The translations under genes and the position numbers were made by a program. The notes beneath the pieces are model-generated. The model saw only the letters and a program-made list of their open reading frames with translations, ran no database searches and had not been told where the DNA came from. 64,000 nucleotides of DNA. Source: Octopus sinensis (lineage: Eukaryota). How positions within the stretch are numbered: the stretch's first letter is position 1; each line of letters begins with the position of its first letter. Of this stretch, positions 10,780 through 23,783 are shown piece by piece. The stretch covers positions 99,324,001 to 99,388,000 of the forward strand of contig NC_042997.1 of NCBI RefSeq assembly GCF_006345805.1. Direction: 5' to 3'.

Positions 10780-11075
10780 CTACACTGTTTTCCTAATTTC
10801 GGTCACTAGACTGTTGTCTACTGAGATGTAGTACGCGTACATACATGTATACATGTGTATGCACAGACGCAAACATACACATATTATTATAAACATGTAC
10901 AAGTATATGTACATATGTAGAGAGGTAGAAATGCAGATAAACACAATTAAGCTTGGATATGTAATTTTATTTTTGATCTGCTATTTAAATGAAGATATTT
11001 CCTTCGTTTTACTGCTTTTCTTTCTACGAAATGAGAAGATACGTTGCGGAACTGTTATTTTAACGAGTTTATTAG

Positions 11076-11171
11076 CCGATGAGACACATCCGCGCCGCCA
11101 GATGCTCCTGAACCAGTTGTTGAGTGTTCCACCCGTGAGGGATCGATGCTGGATGTCTCGAAACAACTGTC
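11076..11171 (+). ncRNA. Degenerate type-I HHR with long stem II
   Basis: CCGATGA-GACACATCC..GGATGTCTC-GAAAC-AACT-GTC; 8 of 9 stem II pairs; U4C mutation; stem I decayed. Confidence 0.55.
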
Positions 11172-11268
11172 GTGATTAATAATGAATTTTCGTGTATTCC
11201 ATCTTCCGTCTTTCATTTACCATATGTGTGTGCATGTGTGCGTGTGCGTATACATACATGCAAGCATG

Positions 11269-11335
<67 letters not shown>

Positions 11336-11346
11336 GTTTATATATG

Positions 11347-11515
11347 TATATATAAATGTATACATATATATATATATATTCTTTTATTTTTTACCTATTT
11401 CAATTATTCGACTGCAACCATTCGGTGACGTAAACACAGACAGACACACACACACACATAAACATATATATATGCATATATATATATATATATATAATAT
11501 ATATATATATATTAT

Positions 11516-11548
<33 letters not shown>

Positions 11549-11670
11549 GCATATATATATGTTTATGTGTGTGTCTGTCTGTGTTTACGTCACCGAATGG
11601 TTGCAGTCGAATATTGAAATAGGTAAAAAATAAAAGAATATATATATATATATGTATACATTTATATATA
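11347..11670. repeat. ~324-bp near-perfect palindrome centred on a (TA)n tract, arms contain a deleted SINE piece
   Basis: attcttttattttttacctatttcaattattcgactgcaaccattcggtgacgtaaacacagacagac is mirrored at ~11570-11640; 1-nt indel and CA-repeat count difference. Confidence 0.9.
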
Positions 11671-11689
11671 TATATATACGAAAGTATTT

Positions 11690-12400
11690 ACATAAAGCAT
11701 AAAATATACAGAATACTTAGAAGAGAATACATAATTGTTTTAACTCGACAGCTGTTTCGTGAAGATCGGATTTACGTAATAACGTAATGTTCATAATATA
11801 CCGACAGAATATGTAAAAAGTCTTGGGTATGCAACCAGTAAAATGTCACAGAGCTGATACTAGTAAAAGACCAGTCTCCTTCATCAGGAGGAAGTTAGCA
11901 AAACCAGTTCTTATAGTAATACCAGATTTAAAGAGTGAAGGGGAAGGGGAAAGAGAATAAGAAACGAAAGGCAGAGAGAGAGGAGATATAAGCGGCGTAG
12001 GAAATGGGAACAGAAGTAGAGAAGAAGAAATAAAAGGCAAGGTGAGGGACGGGGTTTTCTATGACATAGGGGGAATGAACAGAGGTTGATTAGATGAAAG
12101 GGAGAGAGGAGGGGAGAGAAGATAAAGTTAAAGTCAATGTGGTGAAACGGAGCGCCCATTGAGGTCGGGAATCTCACTAAGTAATCTTTAAATAAATTAA
12201 AAATGGTAGCTGGTTATACAGAGAAACAAGATAATGGATGACATGGATGAGATCAGAATAGGTGTCAATCCTAAAGTCACTGCTAGTAGGGATGTCTGTA
12301 ATTATCGGGTCCTCCAACTTTGTCCGTTGGATGGTTTTTGTTCACGCTATAATATATATTAAAGCTGGATAATAACCCCACGTTCACACCAGCCTAGCTT
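11690..12400 (-). mobile_element. Decayed PLE remnant with long-stem-II HHR relic (11744-11890)
   Basis: Minus strand CTC-CTGATGA-AGGAGAC..TCTTCAC-GAAAC-AGCT-GTC-GAG; weak GIY-YIG-like residues upstream. Confidence 0.45.
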
Positions 12401-12890
12401 CTACTCTGACGGCAGTGTGAATTTCATGCGCCGCTACTGAGATCACATGAATTCGTTCTCAAATGGAGAACGTCAGAAGGTCTGATTTAGCCAGAGCAAT
12501 GAATTAGGAGTGTTTCTGTATGCTTCTAAGTCACTATAATTAGTAGGCAATTCTATCGATCGAATACCCGAAATATTCACCGATCTATTTACATTTTGTT
12601 TTTCCTTACAATCTAGCTTGTTTTTTGTTTGTTTTTTTTAATTTTTTGGTGGGGAGCTTTTTGTTTGTTTTAAAACTTTTTGCCTTGTGTTTAGTTTTGT
12701 ATTTTGTTTTGGTGGGGAGGTTCGAATTTAATGTAAACATGATAGTAATTCATTGAGTCACGATTTCAACTTCTGTTTGGAATCGTATTCAACAGTTCTA
12801 GACTCCATTTACATATAAACATACGCATTACATATACGTTCACATAGTTTCTCTCCTTTCTCTCTCTCCCTCTCTCTCTCACTCTCTCAA

Positions 12891-12961
<71 letters not shown>

Positions 12962-14106
12962 CTCTTTCTATCAATGAGTTATCGAAGTTAAGTAACCATC
13001 ACAAAATACAACGTAATATACATTTGCGGGTACATGTTTATTTATTAATTTAAAACCGAACTTGTATAGAATTTTGTGATGAGAAGCTGTAGGATCGCAG
13101 TAAAACAGGTTATTATCTATGTTTGCCTTATGGGTGGAGGGGAGGTAAGTGCGTGTATGCTTGAGTTCTGAAAAGAAAAGCATAAATAGTGACTGAATGA
13201 ACTGGAAAACAGCTTTTCAACACAATCCAATAAAAATCGAAAACAGAATTAACATGCAGAGAAATAAGAATTTGCTACATAAATCAGTCGTCGTTTTCTC
13301 AATTGAGCATTTTTATTACTGATGCTCTGCAAATCCACAGCTAGTAATGAGCTAATACGCTGTAAACTGTGTTTAAGATTAAACTGTCTGTGACAAAAAA
13401 CAATGTTCTGTTTACCGATATAAGTAACAAGAACATTACAATTATCGAGTTTGGCTTCCTATATTTTAGTAAAGCTTGGCACGCCTTAGATAAGTTCAAA
13501 CTGAGATTTTACTTCAAACTCTTCTGATACCATCATATCGAAATTCTGTAAATTATCATTTGACTTTCTGTAAGAGACAGAGCTCAAAATATTCTCATGG
13601 CTTCTCGGAAAAAGCGATTGAAATCAACTCGAGTTACTTTTTATCATTAATCTGCAGAAGAAAAAACAACATGGATAAGGCTGGATATTAAGAGAACTTA
13701 ATTTCTTGAGAGGAAAGAATGAATACATGATTTAACACGAGATTTGGAGAGTGTGCTGGAGTATGGAGTACGAGAAGAATTTGGCTATATGCGTTGACAT
13801 TAGATTACAATTCACCTAAGGCTGAGGCCACGTGACATACGTCCAATACACAATTCAGGATCACAAAAACATAAATTCATGGCTACACAGTTTCTTTTCT
13901 TCAACTCTGTTTAACATTATCCCAAAGCAAATCAAAGAAAAAGAGTATCCCGTCACCTTCGAACAAAACCTGGGCAAATATCTTTAGGGAATACTAAACA
14001 AGCCACATACACACCTGAATACATCTCAGACAACAGCTCCCTACTTGAATGGGCCAATATACCACAAAACCTGACTTTAAAAGGCCTTAGCAGAAACACA
14101 TCTAAG

Positions 14107-14690
14107 TTATTATTACTGAGCGACAGAGCAGTGCATGCCATCAAAGTGATACTGGAATATAAACATATGCAGCCCAATAAACCCATCATTACTGTTAAGA
14201 GTACAGCAGACATATGTATCACAAATGTGCGCCTCATGGTGATCTCATATCAAGGTAGACAGCGCATAACCTAGCAGGTTGGACACTGAATTTTCGTTAG
14301 GTCAAGTAGTCGATCCCACTTAAATGATCTCCTTTGTTTAAGGATGTTCAATGAAACACCCATGTTCCCAGAGGAGAATTACTCAAACCCCGAAGGATTC
14401 CTCTCAAAACATGGCTATGATGCTACCCCACTACTTCTTGCTCGTGATCAGAGATGCACATAAGGTCAGCCACCAAGGAACATGCTCAAATGGTTAAGGC
14501 TAAACAACTGACAAGCAAATCTGTGGTAATGAGCAGAATATTTGCTGTAGCCCATCTTTTATACCAAAACAAATCACGTACTTGATAACACTTCCAATCA
14601 CTTCAGATCAAAAGCCACGAGGGCCAGTACCTGGTATTGTATCAGGGCGCCAGTATCTTTGAGAGTAAGTGCCTGGTATTGCATCAGGGC
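14107..14690 (-). mobile_element. ~585-bp non-coding element flanked by (AAT)n at both ends
   Basis: Ends gccctgatgcaataccagg.. and ..gcactgctctgtcgctcagtaataataa; homologues at 49350-49631 and 55642-56816; orientation inferred. Confidence 0.7.
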
Positions 14691-14717
14691 ATTATAATCA
14701 TTATCATCATCATCACC

Positions 14718-14778
<61 letters not shown>

Positions 14779-14834
14779 GTTGTTGTTGCTGTTGTTGTTG
14801 TTGTTGTTGTTATTATTAGTTTTATTATTATTAG

Positions 14835-14870
<36 letters not shown>

Positions 14871-14902
14871 CATCATCCTCATTATTATTATTATTATTAT
14901 TA
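14691..14902. repeat. (ATT)n/(GTT)n trinucleotide array
   Basis: Directly visible. Confidence 0.95.
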
Positions 14903-16497
14903 CTTTTTTTTTTCTTCTTTCAAATTTTCTTCCATTTCTTGCCGAGTGTCTTCCCGACTCCTAGGGCAAAGAAACTCATAGTGTATATTGGTAGGCCATT
15001 AAACCAAACTCAGTAGTTCGTTCTTTTTTTTTTTCTTTTTAAGTTAAATTAAAATTAAAATACATGAGCAGCAACAGTTCTCACATCGACAATGCTCTTC
15101 TCAATACGTGTGATGTACCAGTTAAGACAATCTTTTGCACTTCTTGCAGGGATGGTAAGCCAGGGATCATTCTCATATAATTTTCGGTTCCCTTCTTGAT
15201 CATTCCTAGTGCTCCTACGATCACTGGTATTGTAACCGCCTTGAGATGCCACATTTTCTCAATTTCAATGAGTAGGTCTTTATATTTTCTGAGCTTGTCA
15301 AACTCTTTCGCTGAGATATTATGATCACAGGGGATGCTCATGTCGATCAATAAGCAAACTTTATTGTTTTGGTCTTTCACAACAATATCTGGTTTATTGG
15401 CCTTGATGGTTCGGTCTGTATGTACTGGAAAGTCCCACAGAATGGTTACATTTTCTCCTTCAGTTACAGCCTCAGGGTGATGATTATACCACTTGTCGGC
15501 AGTTTTGATATTGTAATGCCGACTTATTAGCCAGTGGAGATATTGGCCAACTCTGTCATGTCTTAATTTATACTCCACTGGTGCTAAGACTTTACATCCA
15601 GAGATTAGGTGGTCCACTGTTTCAATCATGTCGTTGCAGAATCGGCATTTTGGGTCTGATCCATTTTTCATCACATTGGCCTGGTAGTTCCGGGTTAATA
15701 GGTTTTGGTCTTGAGCAGCCAGGATGAAACCTTCGCTCTCTGCTTTTAGCCCTGAGCTCCGCAGCCACTGATGGGTTTGCTTCTGGTCAACATCAGCTTG
15801 TTTGCTGCGGGTCACATATTTGCCGTGCAGAGGTTTCTCCTCCACCTATCAGCCAATTGCTCGTGCGCTTTTTTCATTGCCATCATTTTCACCTTCTTTG
15901 CAACAATAGTTGCCGTACTTCCCTCGGGTTGTTCAGTTTGGGTATCCTGCACGAGATCAATAGCAATTTTTTTGCTTTCCTTGATGATAGAATGAAGCTT
16001 CTTTCGTCTCTCGTGATTTTCCACGAGCTTTAGCATCCAGTCATTCGATATTTCGAGATATTTGGCCAGTCCAATTGTGGTTGTTTTGTAAGCTAGTTCA
16101 ATTGGATCAGGCCTCGACCTCCTTGGGCTCTGGGAAGGTAAAGGCGATCTACGTCTGCCTTTGGGTGGTGCATCCTATTACAACTCAGCAGCTTGCGTAT
16201 TTTTCTATCTATATTCTTTACTTCACTCATATTCCAGTTCAACACATTGTAGCTATAAGTAACAACTGGAACTGCTAAGGAATTTATAGCTAACACCTTG
16301 TTACGTGCATTTAGTTCAGATTTCAGGACTGCACGAACTCTCCTATAACATTCCTTCCTGATTTTCTCTTTCATGCTTGCATGCTGAATACCAGAGCCTT
16401 CATTTATCCCTAAACATTTGTATGTCTGTTCTTGCTCAAGCTCTCTTATGACTGTGTCAACATCTAACACGACTGAATTTGTGGTCTTCACTTTCCC
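14903..16497 (-). mobile_element. 5'-truncated R4/Dong-type non-LTR retrotransposon (RT thumb, CCHC knuckle, REL endonuclease), frameshifted
   Basis: ORF 16093-16491 (YKCLGINE..ELNARNKVLAINSLAVPV) and ORF 15081-15845 (CRFC..HLISGC, RHDRV, LWDFPVHTDRTIKANKPDIVVKD, LIDMSIP); both ends abut (AAT)n. Confidence 0.9.
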
Positions 16498-16504
16498 TTT
16501 CTGT

Positions 16505-16532
16505 ATTGTTATTATTATTATTATTATTATTA

Positions 16533-16569
<37 letters not shown>

Positions 16570-16570
16570 T
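16505..16570. repeat. (ATT)n array between two Dong-type elements
   Basis: Directly visible. Confidence 0.95.
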
Positions 16571-16574
16571 ACTT

Positions 16575-17045
16575 TTATTCTGCATGTTTGTTACAATCAC
16601 TTGCCGAGACACAACCAGCATCTTAGGAAGAGTGAAGGATAAGAGATATTACAGTATGACTGAAAGCTTGGGGAGGGGAAGTGACAGGAGCACTTGCGAA
16701 ATATCTTCATGTAATACAACACAGATATTTAAACTGATAGTGTTTTTCTAATGAGGTGGGCAGTACTTGCTAGCACCTTTGAGATATGGTTCTCCTGGGA
16801 TATTATCTAAATGTTTGTGACATTCCTTTCTTATTATACCTAGAGCACCCACAATAACAGGAACAGTTCTCTCTTTAAGATGCTACATCTTTTGTATTCC
16901 AATGTCCAGGTCCTTATATTTACTTAATTTGTCAAAATCCTTCATAGATATATTTTTATCAGTGGGAACACTTACATCTATTAGTCTACAAGTATTTTCT
17001 TCCTCGTCTTTAGTGTCAATGCCTGGTCGATTGGCCTGGATCAAT
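16575..17045 (-). mobile_element. Second R4/Dong subfamily, 3' end fragment
   Basis: Translates ANRPGIDTKDEEENTCRLIDVSVPTDKNISMKDFDKLSKYKDL..TVPVIVGALG..TAHLIRKTLSV*; 3' UTR ends at (AAT)n. Confidence 0.85.
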
Positions 17046-17062
17046 AAAAATCAGTAATTATA

Positions 17063-17203
17063 GGCGCTGATGTGGCTGTACGGTAAGAAGTTTCATTCTC
17101 AACCGCATGGTTCCGTATTCAGTCCCACTGTCTTCTATTATTGCCTTGGGCCGACCAAAGCCTTGTGAATACATTTGGTAGATGGAAACTGAAAGAAGCC
17201 TGT

Positions 17204-17257
<54 letters not shown>

Positions 17258-17535
17258 GTGTGTGTGTGTGTGTGTGTGTGTATGTATTTATGTATGTAAG
17301 TATATGCATACATGCATGTATGTATGCATGTCTGTGTCTATGTTTGTCTCCTCTACCGCTTGACAACTGGTGTTGATATGCTTAAGTCCCCGTAACCTAG
17401 CGGCTCGGCAACAGAAAACGATAAAATAATTATCAGGTTTTAAAAAAACAACACCGATTTGCTCGACCGAAATTCTTTAAGATTGTGCTCTAGAACAGCC
17501 GCAATATAATGTCTGAAACAAGTTAAAGATAACGA
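17063..17535 (+). mobile_element. tRNA-derived SINE family 1 with internal (TA)n(TG)n tract
   Basis: Head ggcgctgatgtggctgtacggtaagaag..ggttccgtattcagtccc; homologues at 43190, 48420, 57975, 60531. Confidence 0.75.
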
Positions 17536-17596
17536 AAAAATATAATTAGTAAATACAATGCTCGAGTTAAATTATTCGGCTATGTAAAGGGTAAAG

Positions 17597-17920
17597 ACGC
17601 TCATAGGTCATGAATGAACCGTGGGATTGCACCAAGAAAGTTCCTCTCCGAGGTATAAGTCCGGACAAGGTCGTTTATGGAAGACTAGCAATTGCCCGTA
17701 TATACCACCCCTCCCCACGTCACCGATATTACCCAAGGGAAAGGCAAAAGCAGTTACAACTTGACACTAGTGACGTCATTCCTACAGCTGAGTGAGCTGG
17801 AGTAACATGAAATAAAGTATCTTGCTGAAGAACACATCACACAGCCTGTTCCGGGAATTGAACTCACTACCTCATGAGATTGTGGGCTCAACGCTCTAAC
17901 CACTGAGTCATGCACCTTCA
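17597..17920 (-). mobile_element. tRNA-derived SINE with conserved-type central domain
   Basis: A-box tgactcagtgg, B-box gagttcaattcc, followed by cagcaagatactttatttcatgttactccagctcactcagctgta. Confidence 0.7.
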
Positions 17921-19029
17921 TTCGGTCATGTATTAGATTACTTATTGTATCATTGTAACGTTTCTAAACAAACATGTTTTTCGTGTAGTGTATCAAGAAC
18001 AAATGTACCTTCAAGGCTCTATCGCTCACTAAACATCACACATGAAAGTATTTATACTTCGTATTATAAGTTCATGAAACGCTCGTCAATAAAGCACAAC
18101 ACTTGTTGCTGAGGACTATTAATTGTTGTGCCTAATCATGATTTGCTATGTATACAACATATAGCATACAAGTTAGAATATCATTGATATCAGTTGCGGG
18201 ATTCGATCTGCAAAACTTCAGTCAACGTCGTGATAATATCTTTAATCTGCGGTGTTGTTTCTAGAAAAATGAAGCAGTAATACAACAGAAACATGACAAA
18301 TATCAACTAAGAGAATTGATGGATATTTTCGATTTAGCATCCATGTAAACGATGTGGGCAAAAATGTTTTAATTTCAACTTCACAAACATTTTAATTGGT
18401 GCAGTCGAGACTATATAATTTCACGCAACTCAAACACATCAATTCACAGTTATAACTGCCAAGTTATCAATTGTACTTTTAATTAAATATCCACAAAACC
18501 TGTTTCTAAACAAAACACAGTTTACCAACGAAAAATAAGAACAAATCATGAGGATAAATTTCTTAAAATACAAAATATAAGGAAAAAAATGACTTTTCTG
18601 AAGAAAACTATTGACATTTTTACAAGTATAAATTTTAATGAGAACAGTTAAGTATAGTCGTTTGAATCAGCTACTGTACATGATAGGCATTTTTACATGA
18701 TTTGATTAAAGGGAAAGAAAGAGAATACCGCAAGGAATTCAACTTGCTAAATTGAGGTACATAACAAGATAATTGGCATAATACGTAAGTAGAATCACTT
18801 CTGGTTTTATTTGAACTGAGGAACGGGTAGCACTTTGTCAGACATTGAGGCTGGGATAATAGACTTCAGGGAAATGTTCTGCATGCTAAATATATAATAT
18901 CGTAGGGTCTCGTATGTAATTTTACGTTTGTTTAGTGTACATCACGCATTCCTGAAGTATTTTTTCTCAGACATATTGTTGATATTCACAGTCAGCATCA
19001 CTATATTTCCTATCACCCTCACACTCTTT

Positions 19030-19260
19030 CCCTGAGGTATCCAAAAGTAACCGGAAATGTTCTCTGTAGGACAAGCCCTTTGTAATTCAGGCTTCCGCTA
19101 CTAGAAACCACTAGAAACGTCGTCGCTTGCAGTCAAATTGAGTGCAATATGCTTCGCTAAGACAGTCTATTTGGTGGGTAGTTTCTTTGCTTTCCGTTTC
19201 TAAATTTCTAGTAGCACTAGGTAGAGTACGGTGCTCCTCGATTTCGGTAACAGAATAATA
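19030..19260 (+). mobile_element. Possible mariner 5' terminal fragment
   Basis: gaggtatccaaaagtaaccgga resembles mariner TIRs; no coding sequence. Confidence 0.25.
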
Positions 19261-19554
19261 ATACGATGGACGAACAGTACTATTCCACACATGAATTAAT
19301 ATTGAGACAATTAGATGTAAAGGCAGAACGACAGACAGACAGACAGGTATCTATCCACAGAGTCAGGTTGTGACAGCTTTAGGGAAGAGTGGAAGAAATG
19401 ATACCTCGTTGGTAAATATATGAGACAAAAAGAAACATAAATACACGAAGACAGATTGGTTTCGGAGACAAAGAAAGCTTAGAATATATTTTATAGAGAA
19501 AAATACACATGCATGTATATATGTGTGTGGGCATATACATACGTAAGTATGTGT

Positions 19555-19931
19555 GGAGGCACAATGGCCCAGTGGTTAGGGCAGTGAACTCGTAGTCGTA
19601 GGATTGCTGTTTCGATTCCCAGACCGGGCGTTGTGAGTGTTTATTGAGCGAAAACCCTCAAAGTTCCACAAGGCTCCGGCAGGGTGTGGTGGTGAACCCT
19701 GCTGTATTCATCCACCACAACTTTCTCTCACTCTTTCTTCCTGTTTCTGTTGTACCTGTATTTCAAAGGGCCAGCCTTGTCGCAATCTGTGTCACGCTGA
19801 ATCTCCCGAGAACTACGTTAAGGGTACCCGTGTCTGTGGAGAGATTAGCCACTTGTACGTTATTTTCACGATCAGACTGTTCCGTTTAAAGATCAGCTGA
19901 AACCCTCGTCGTAATCGACGGAGTGCAACAA
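19555..19931 (+). mobile_element. tRNA-derived SINE family 3
   Basis: A-box tggcccagtgg, B-box gtttcgattcc, non-tRNA body, short caacaac tail. Confidence 0.7.
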
Positions 19932-19958
19932 CGTAAGTATGTATGCACACACACACAG

Positions 19959-20016
<58 letters not shown>

Positions 20017-20034
20017 ATATATATAATATATATC

Positions 20035-20069
<35 letters not shown>

Positions 20070-20115
20070 TATATATATATAATATATATATACGTATATA
20101 CAGATATGTATGCCT

Positions 20116-20169
<54 letters not shown>

Positions 20170-20427
20170 ATATATATATATGTGTTGTGTATATATATAT
20201 ATTATGCATATGTATAGACATAACACCACATTCATACATACATACATACATACATACATACATACATACATACATACATACATACATACATACATACATA
20301 CTTGAGACAGTGATACAAACATGAAATTCTATTTGTGTTTTATGCGAGAGACACAGTTTATGAGAATATGTTTGAGTACATGAATATTCACACACGCACG
20401 CAAACACACCACACAGCACACACACAC

Positions 20428-20471
<44 letters not shown>

Positions 20472-20679
20472 GCACACACCTCACCCAACACATACATTAC
20501 ATTCAGGGCACAAGGAATTGATGAAACAATGGAGAAAATGAAGACTAGAAAAAAAAACAAATCAACGGAAGAAATAAAATCTAAATTTTATTTTAGAAAA
20601 AAATTGAATATCTTTAAATAAATACATAAAAAAAGAAATACGAGAGATGTGTATTTATGTATGTATGTATGTATGTATG

Positions 20680-20777
<98 letters not shown>

Positions 20778-21094
20778 TATATTATATGATATAATATATA
20801 TATATATATATACAACTCACATACATACACACACTCGGAGGAGGAAAAAGAAAATCATTAATATTTCGTGTTATCTAAACATGAAGATAAATTTGCTTTT
20901 ATCGTGTCTGTTATACTCTCTTGTTACATTCACCCAGCACTTCTATTTCCATCGCCACCGACTAGCGCACCACCGATGCGTCATCACCATCAACTTGAAA
21001 CACGTGCATTTTATCACCAGGTTTGTTTTTGTTTTTGTTTTTAAACCATCACTATTATTTTCATTACTATCAGCGACACCAAAACTACATTAAC

Positions 21095-23345
21095 CCTACA
21101 AGCCGACACAGCCTTCACATAGTCGATCGAGCTCTTTGGAAACCAGCCAAATATCCTTCAAATCACATTCAACTGTCTTAGAGGGCACGCTGTGTAAACT
21201 GGTCCAAGGCTCCTTACACATGCGAGGGGCGTTCAATAAGTAATGCCCCTGACCCACTTCCCATAGCAGTAGAGCAACGAAACTTGGCACAGGTATTAGT
21301 CTTTTTCTACATAGGAACAACCCAGAGTTACGCATTTCTCCCATCGTTTGATGCAGTTCTGGAGACCGTTTTCGTAGAAGACCCCAGCTTGGTCCTCCAA
21401 CCACGACATGACTTCAGAAATCAAGGCTGCATCATCTGGGAAACGCTTCCTTTCAAAAACACTTCATGGCTGGGAAGAGGTGAAAATCAGAGGGTGCAAG
21501 GTCAGGAGAGTAGGGGGATGGGGGAAGAGTTCATAGCCGCACGCCTGTGCTTCTGATCTGGCGACACGCGAGTTGTGGACCGGAGCGTTTTCCTGCAGGA
21601 GGAGGATGCCTTTGCTGATCTGCCCCGTCTCTTGGTTTCGATAGCTTCTCTTAATTTCCTCAAAAGTGAAACATGATAGGCTCCTGTAATTGTGGTACCC
21701 CTTTGCCAGGAAATCTGTCATCACTACCCGTCCTGGTCCCAGAGACTGTGAGCATCACCTGCCAGCGGAGGGCTGCACCCTTGCCTTCTTTGGAGGAGGG
21801 AGTCACGGTGCTTCCACTGCATTGACTGGGCTTTGGTCTGGATCATAGTGATGGACCCAGGTCTCATCCTGTGTAATCAGTCTTTTGAAAAGTTTTGACT
21901 CATCTTCTTGGCACATCCCTAAATTCTTGCTTCTGGAATTCTTGCGTTCTTGCTTCTGGAAAAGTGTGAGCAACCTGGGAATCCATCTGGCAGACACCTT
22001 TTGCATATGCAAATGGTCATGAATGATAGTTTCCACAGACCCGGTACTAATCTTGACCTCATGGGCTATTTGGCGAATAGTTATGCGTCGATCTTCCAAA
22101 ATGGCAGCCTCAACTTGACGGACAGATGCCTCATCAATGGCAGAAGGAGTGCGACCAGATCTGGGAGCTGTTTCCACAGAGTTCCGACCATGTTTGAATT
22201 CACGATGCCAGCGTTTTACAAGGTCATATGATGGGGCATCATCACCATAAGTTACTTTCATTTCATTAAAAGTCTCCTGTGGTGTGCGTCCTTTCAAATA
22301 CAAAAACCGGATCACTGCTCGACAGTCAACATACTCCATTTCCCACTTGACTCATTTCAAACACCTGTAAATCAGAAACCACAATTAGTTCGGAGCTGTA
22401 ATTTTCCACTTAATCTATAGAGATATCAATAATTGCACATGCAAAATATCAGCTAGATCAAACAACTGCAAGTGGGTCAGAGGCATTACTTATTGAACGT
22501 CCCTCGTAGGTAAACTGGTATGGTCTCAGTAGAAAGGACTTTGTTCATAAATTTGCTCGATCAGAGCTGACCAGGGTATAAACAACAGCAACAATAATAT
22601 TGGCCCTACAAGCTGATGGAAAAGCACTCCTAAAAATAGCAACCAAATCGCCCTCAAATTCTACCCAACTGTCTCTAAAAAGGAGATGCTGAACATTTTA
22701 GTTCCTAAGTTCTCTGTACATAGGAATAAAATCAACTGGACGATCACGGTTAGAATAGCTATCATCGTATATCTACTTACTCAGTGTTGATCTAGAGCTG
22801 GACATCAATAACAGCAGGAACACTAACCCTGCTGTCAATACAATCATCGCCATCATTATCACAATTCTAATTACAATCAAAGGTAACAGTATCATAACGA
22901 CAACCGTCATTATCACAATTATCGTTAACATCACAGCCATCGAGCTAAAAGAGCAGCCTTTATTTGATTATTCAATTTGCTTCACACAGCAGTTACATCT
23001 CATTCGGATCACACTTATACTCTAAGGAAAGACATATATACAAGATAAAATGGTTACTACTAGAATACCTTTGGTCATAAATGTGCTAAACAACAACAAC
23101 ACCAATATCAACATCAGCATAACAATCCAATGAGGGAAACTCTACTCTACTCAATTGTCTATCTTCAGGCTAGCAGCCACCTCTGACTCATCATGTTCTA
23201 TTGCTATAAAAGGAAATACACTGGATAAAGCAGTCCTGAAAATATTGTCTGAAAACAAAAATATGTGAGAGGATCACGAATATAATGCGTTTTATTATAG
23301 ATCTAATCGATCAGGATTGACCTGGAGCTATATATACACCAATAA
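21095..23345 (+). repeat. Cluster of decayed (AAC)-tailed dispersed repeats, the first interrupted by the mariner
   Basis: Recurring gctcgatcagagctgacc..aaacaac-like ends near 22560, 22790, 23090, 23320; similar ends at 29470, 53950, 61150. Confidence 0.45.
21223..22506 (-). mobile_element. Full-length 1284-bp mariner (DD34D), inactive
   Basis: 37-bp TIRs (21223-21259, 22470-22506; 2 mismatches); TA on the right, TG on the left; transposase 22339 to ~21300 with WIPRLL, DETWVH, QENAPVH and frameshifted HPPYSPDLAPSDF. Confidence 0.95.
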
Positions 23346-23484
23346 CACGACCTTTAAATTATTGTTTCTACATGCAGCGCCTTAAATGCTTTGTCAGAGA
23401 AAATTTTATTCAACTCAGAGAAGACATGTTAGAGCGACTATATTGAAAAGCAAAAAAGAAATACTCCCATTCTGATCATGCAAT

Positions 23485-23577
<93 letters not shown>

Positions 23578-23740
23578 TAAATATGTATAAATATATAAAT
23601 AATGTATCCGGAACTAAATTATTCAATGTGACCTTATTTTTTAGAGAGTAAGCTATGATTTGAGGGAGACTTCACTGAAATATAAGACAAATACCTCTTT
23701 AGTTCAGTATCTCCATTATCATACTGGATTTAATACTGCA

Positions 23741-23783
<43 letters not shown>

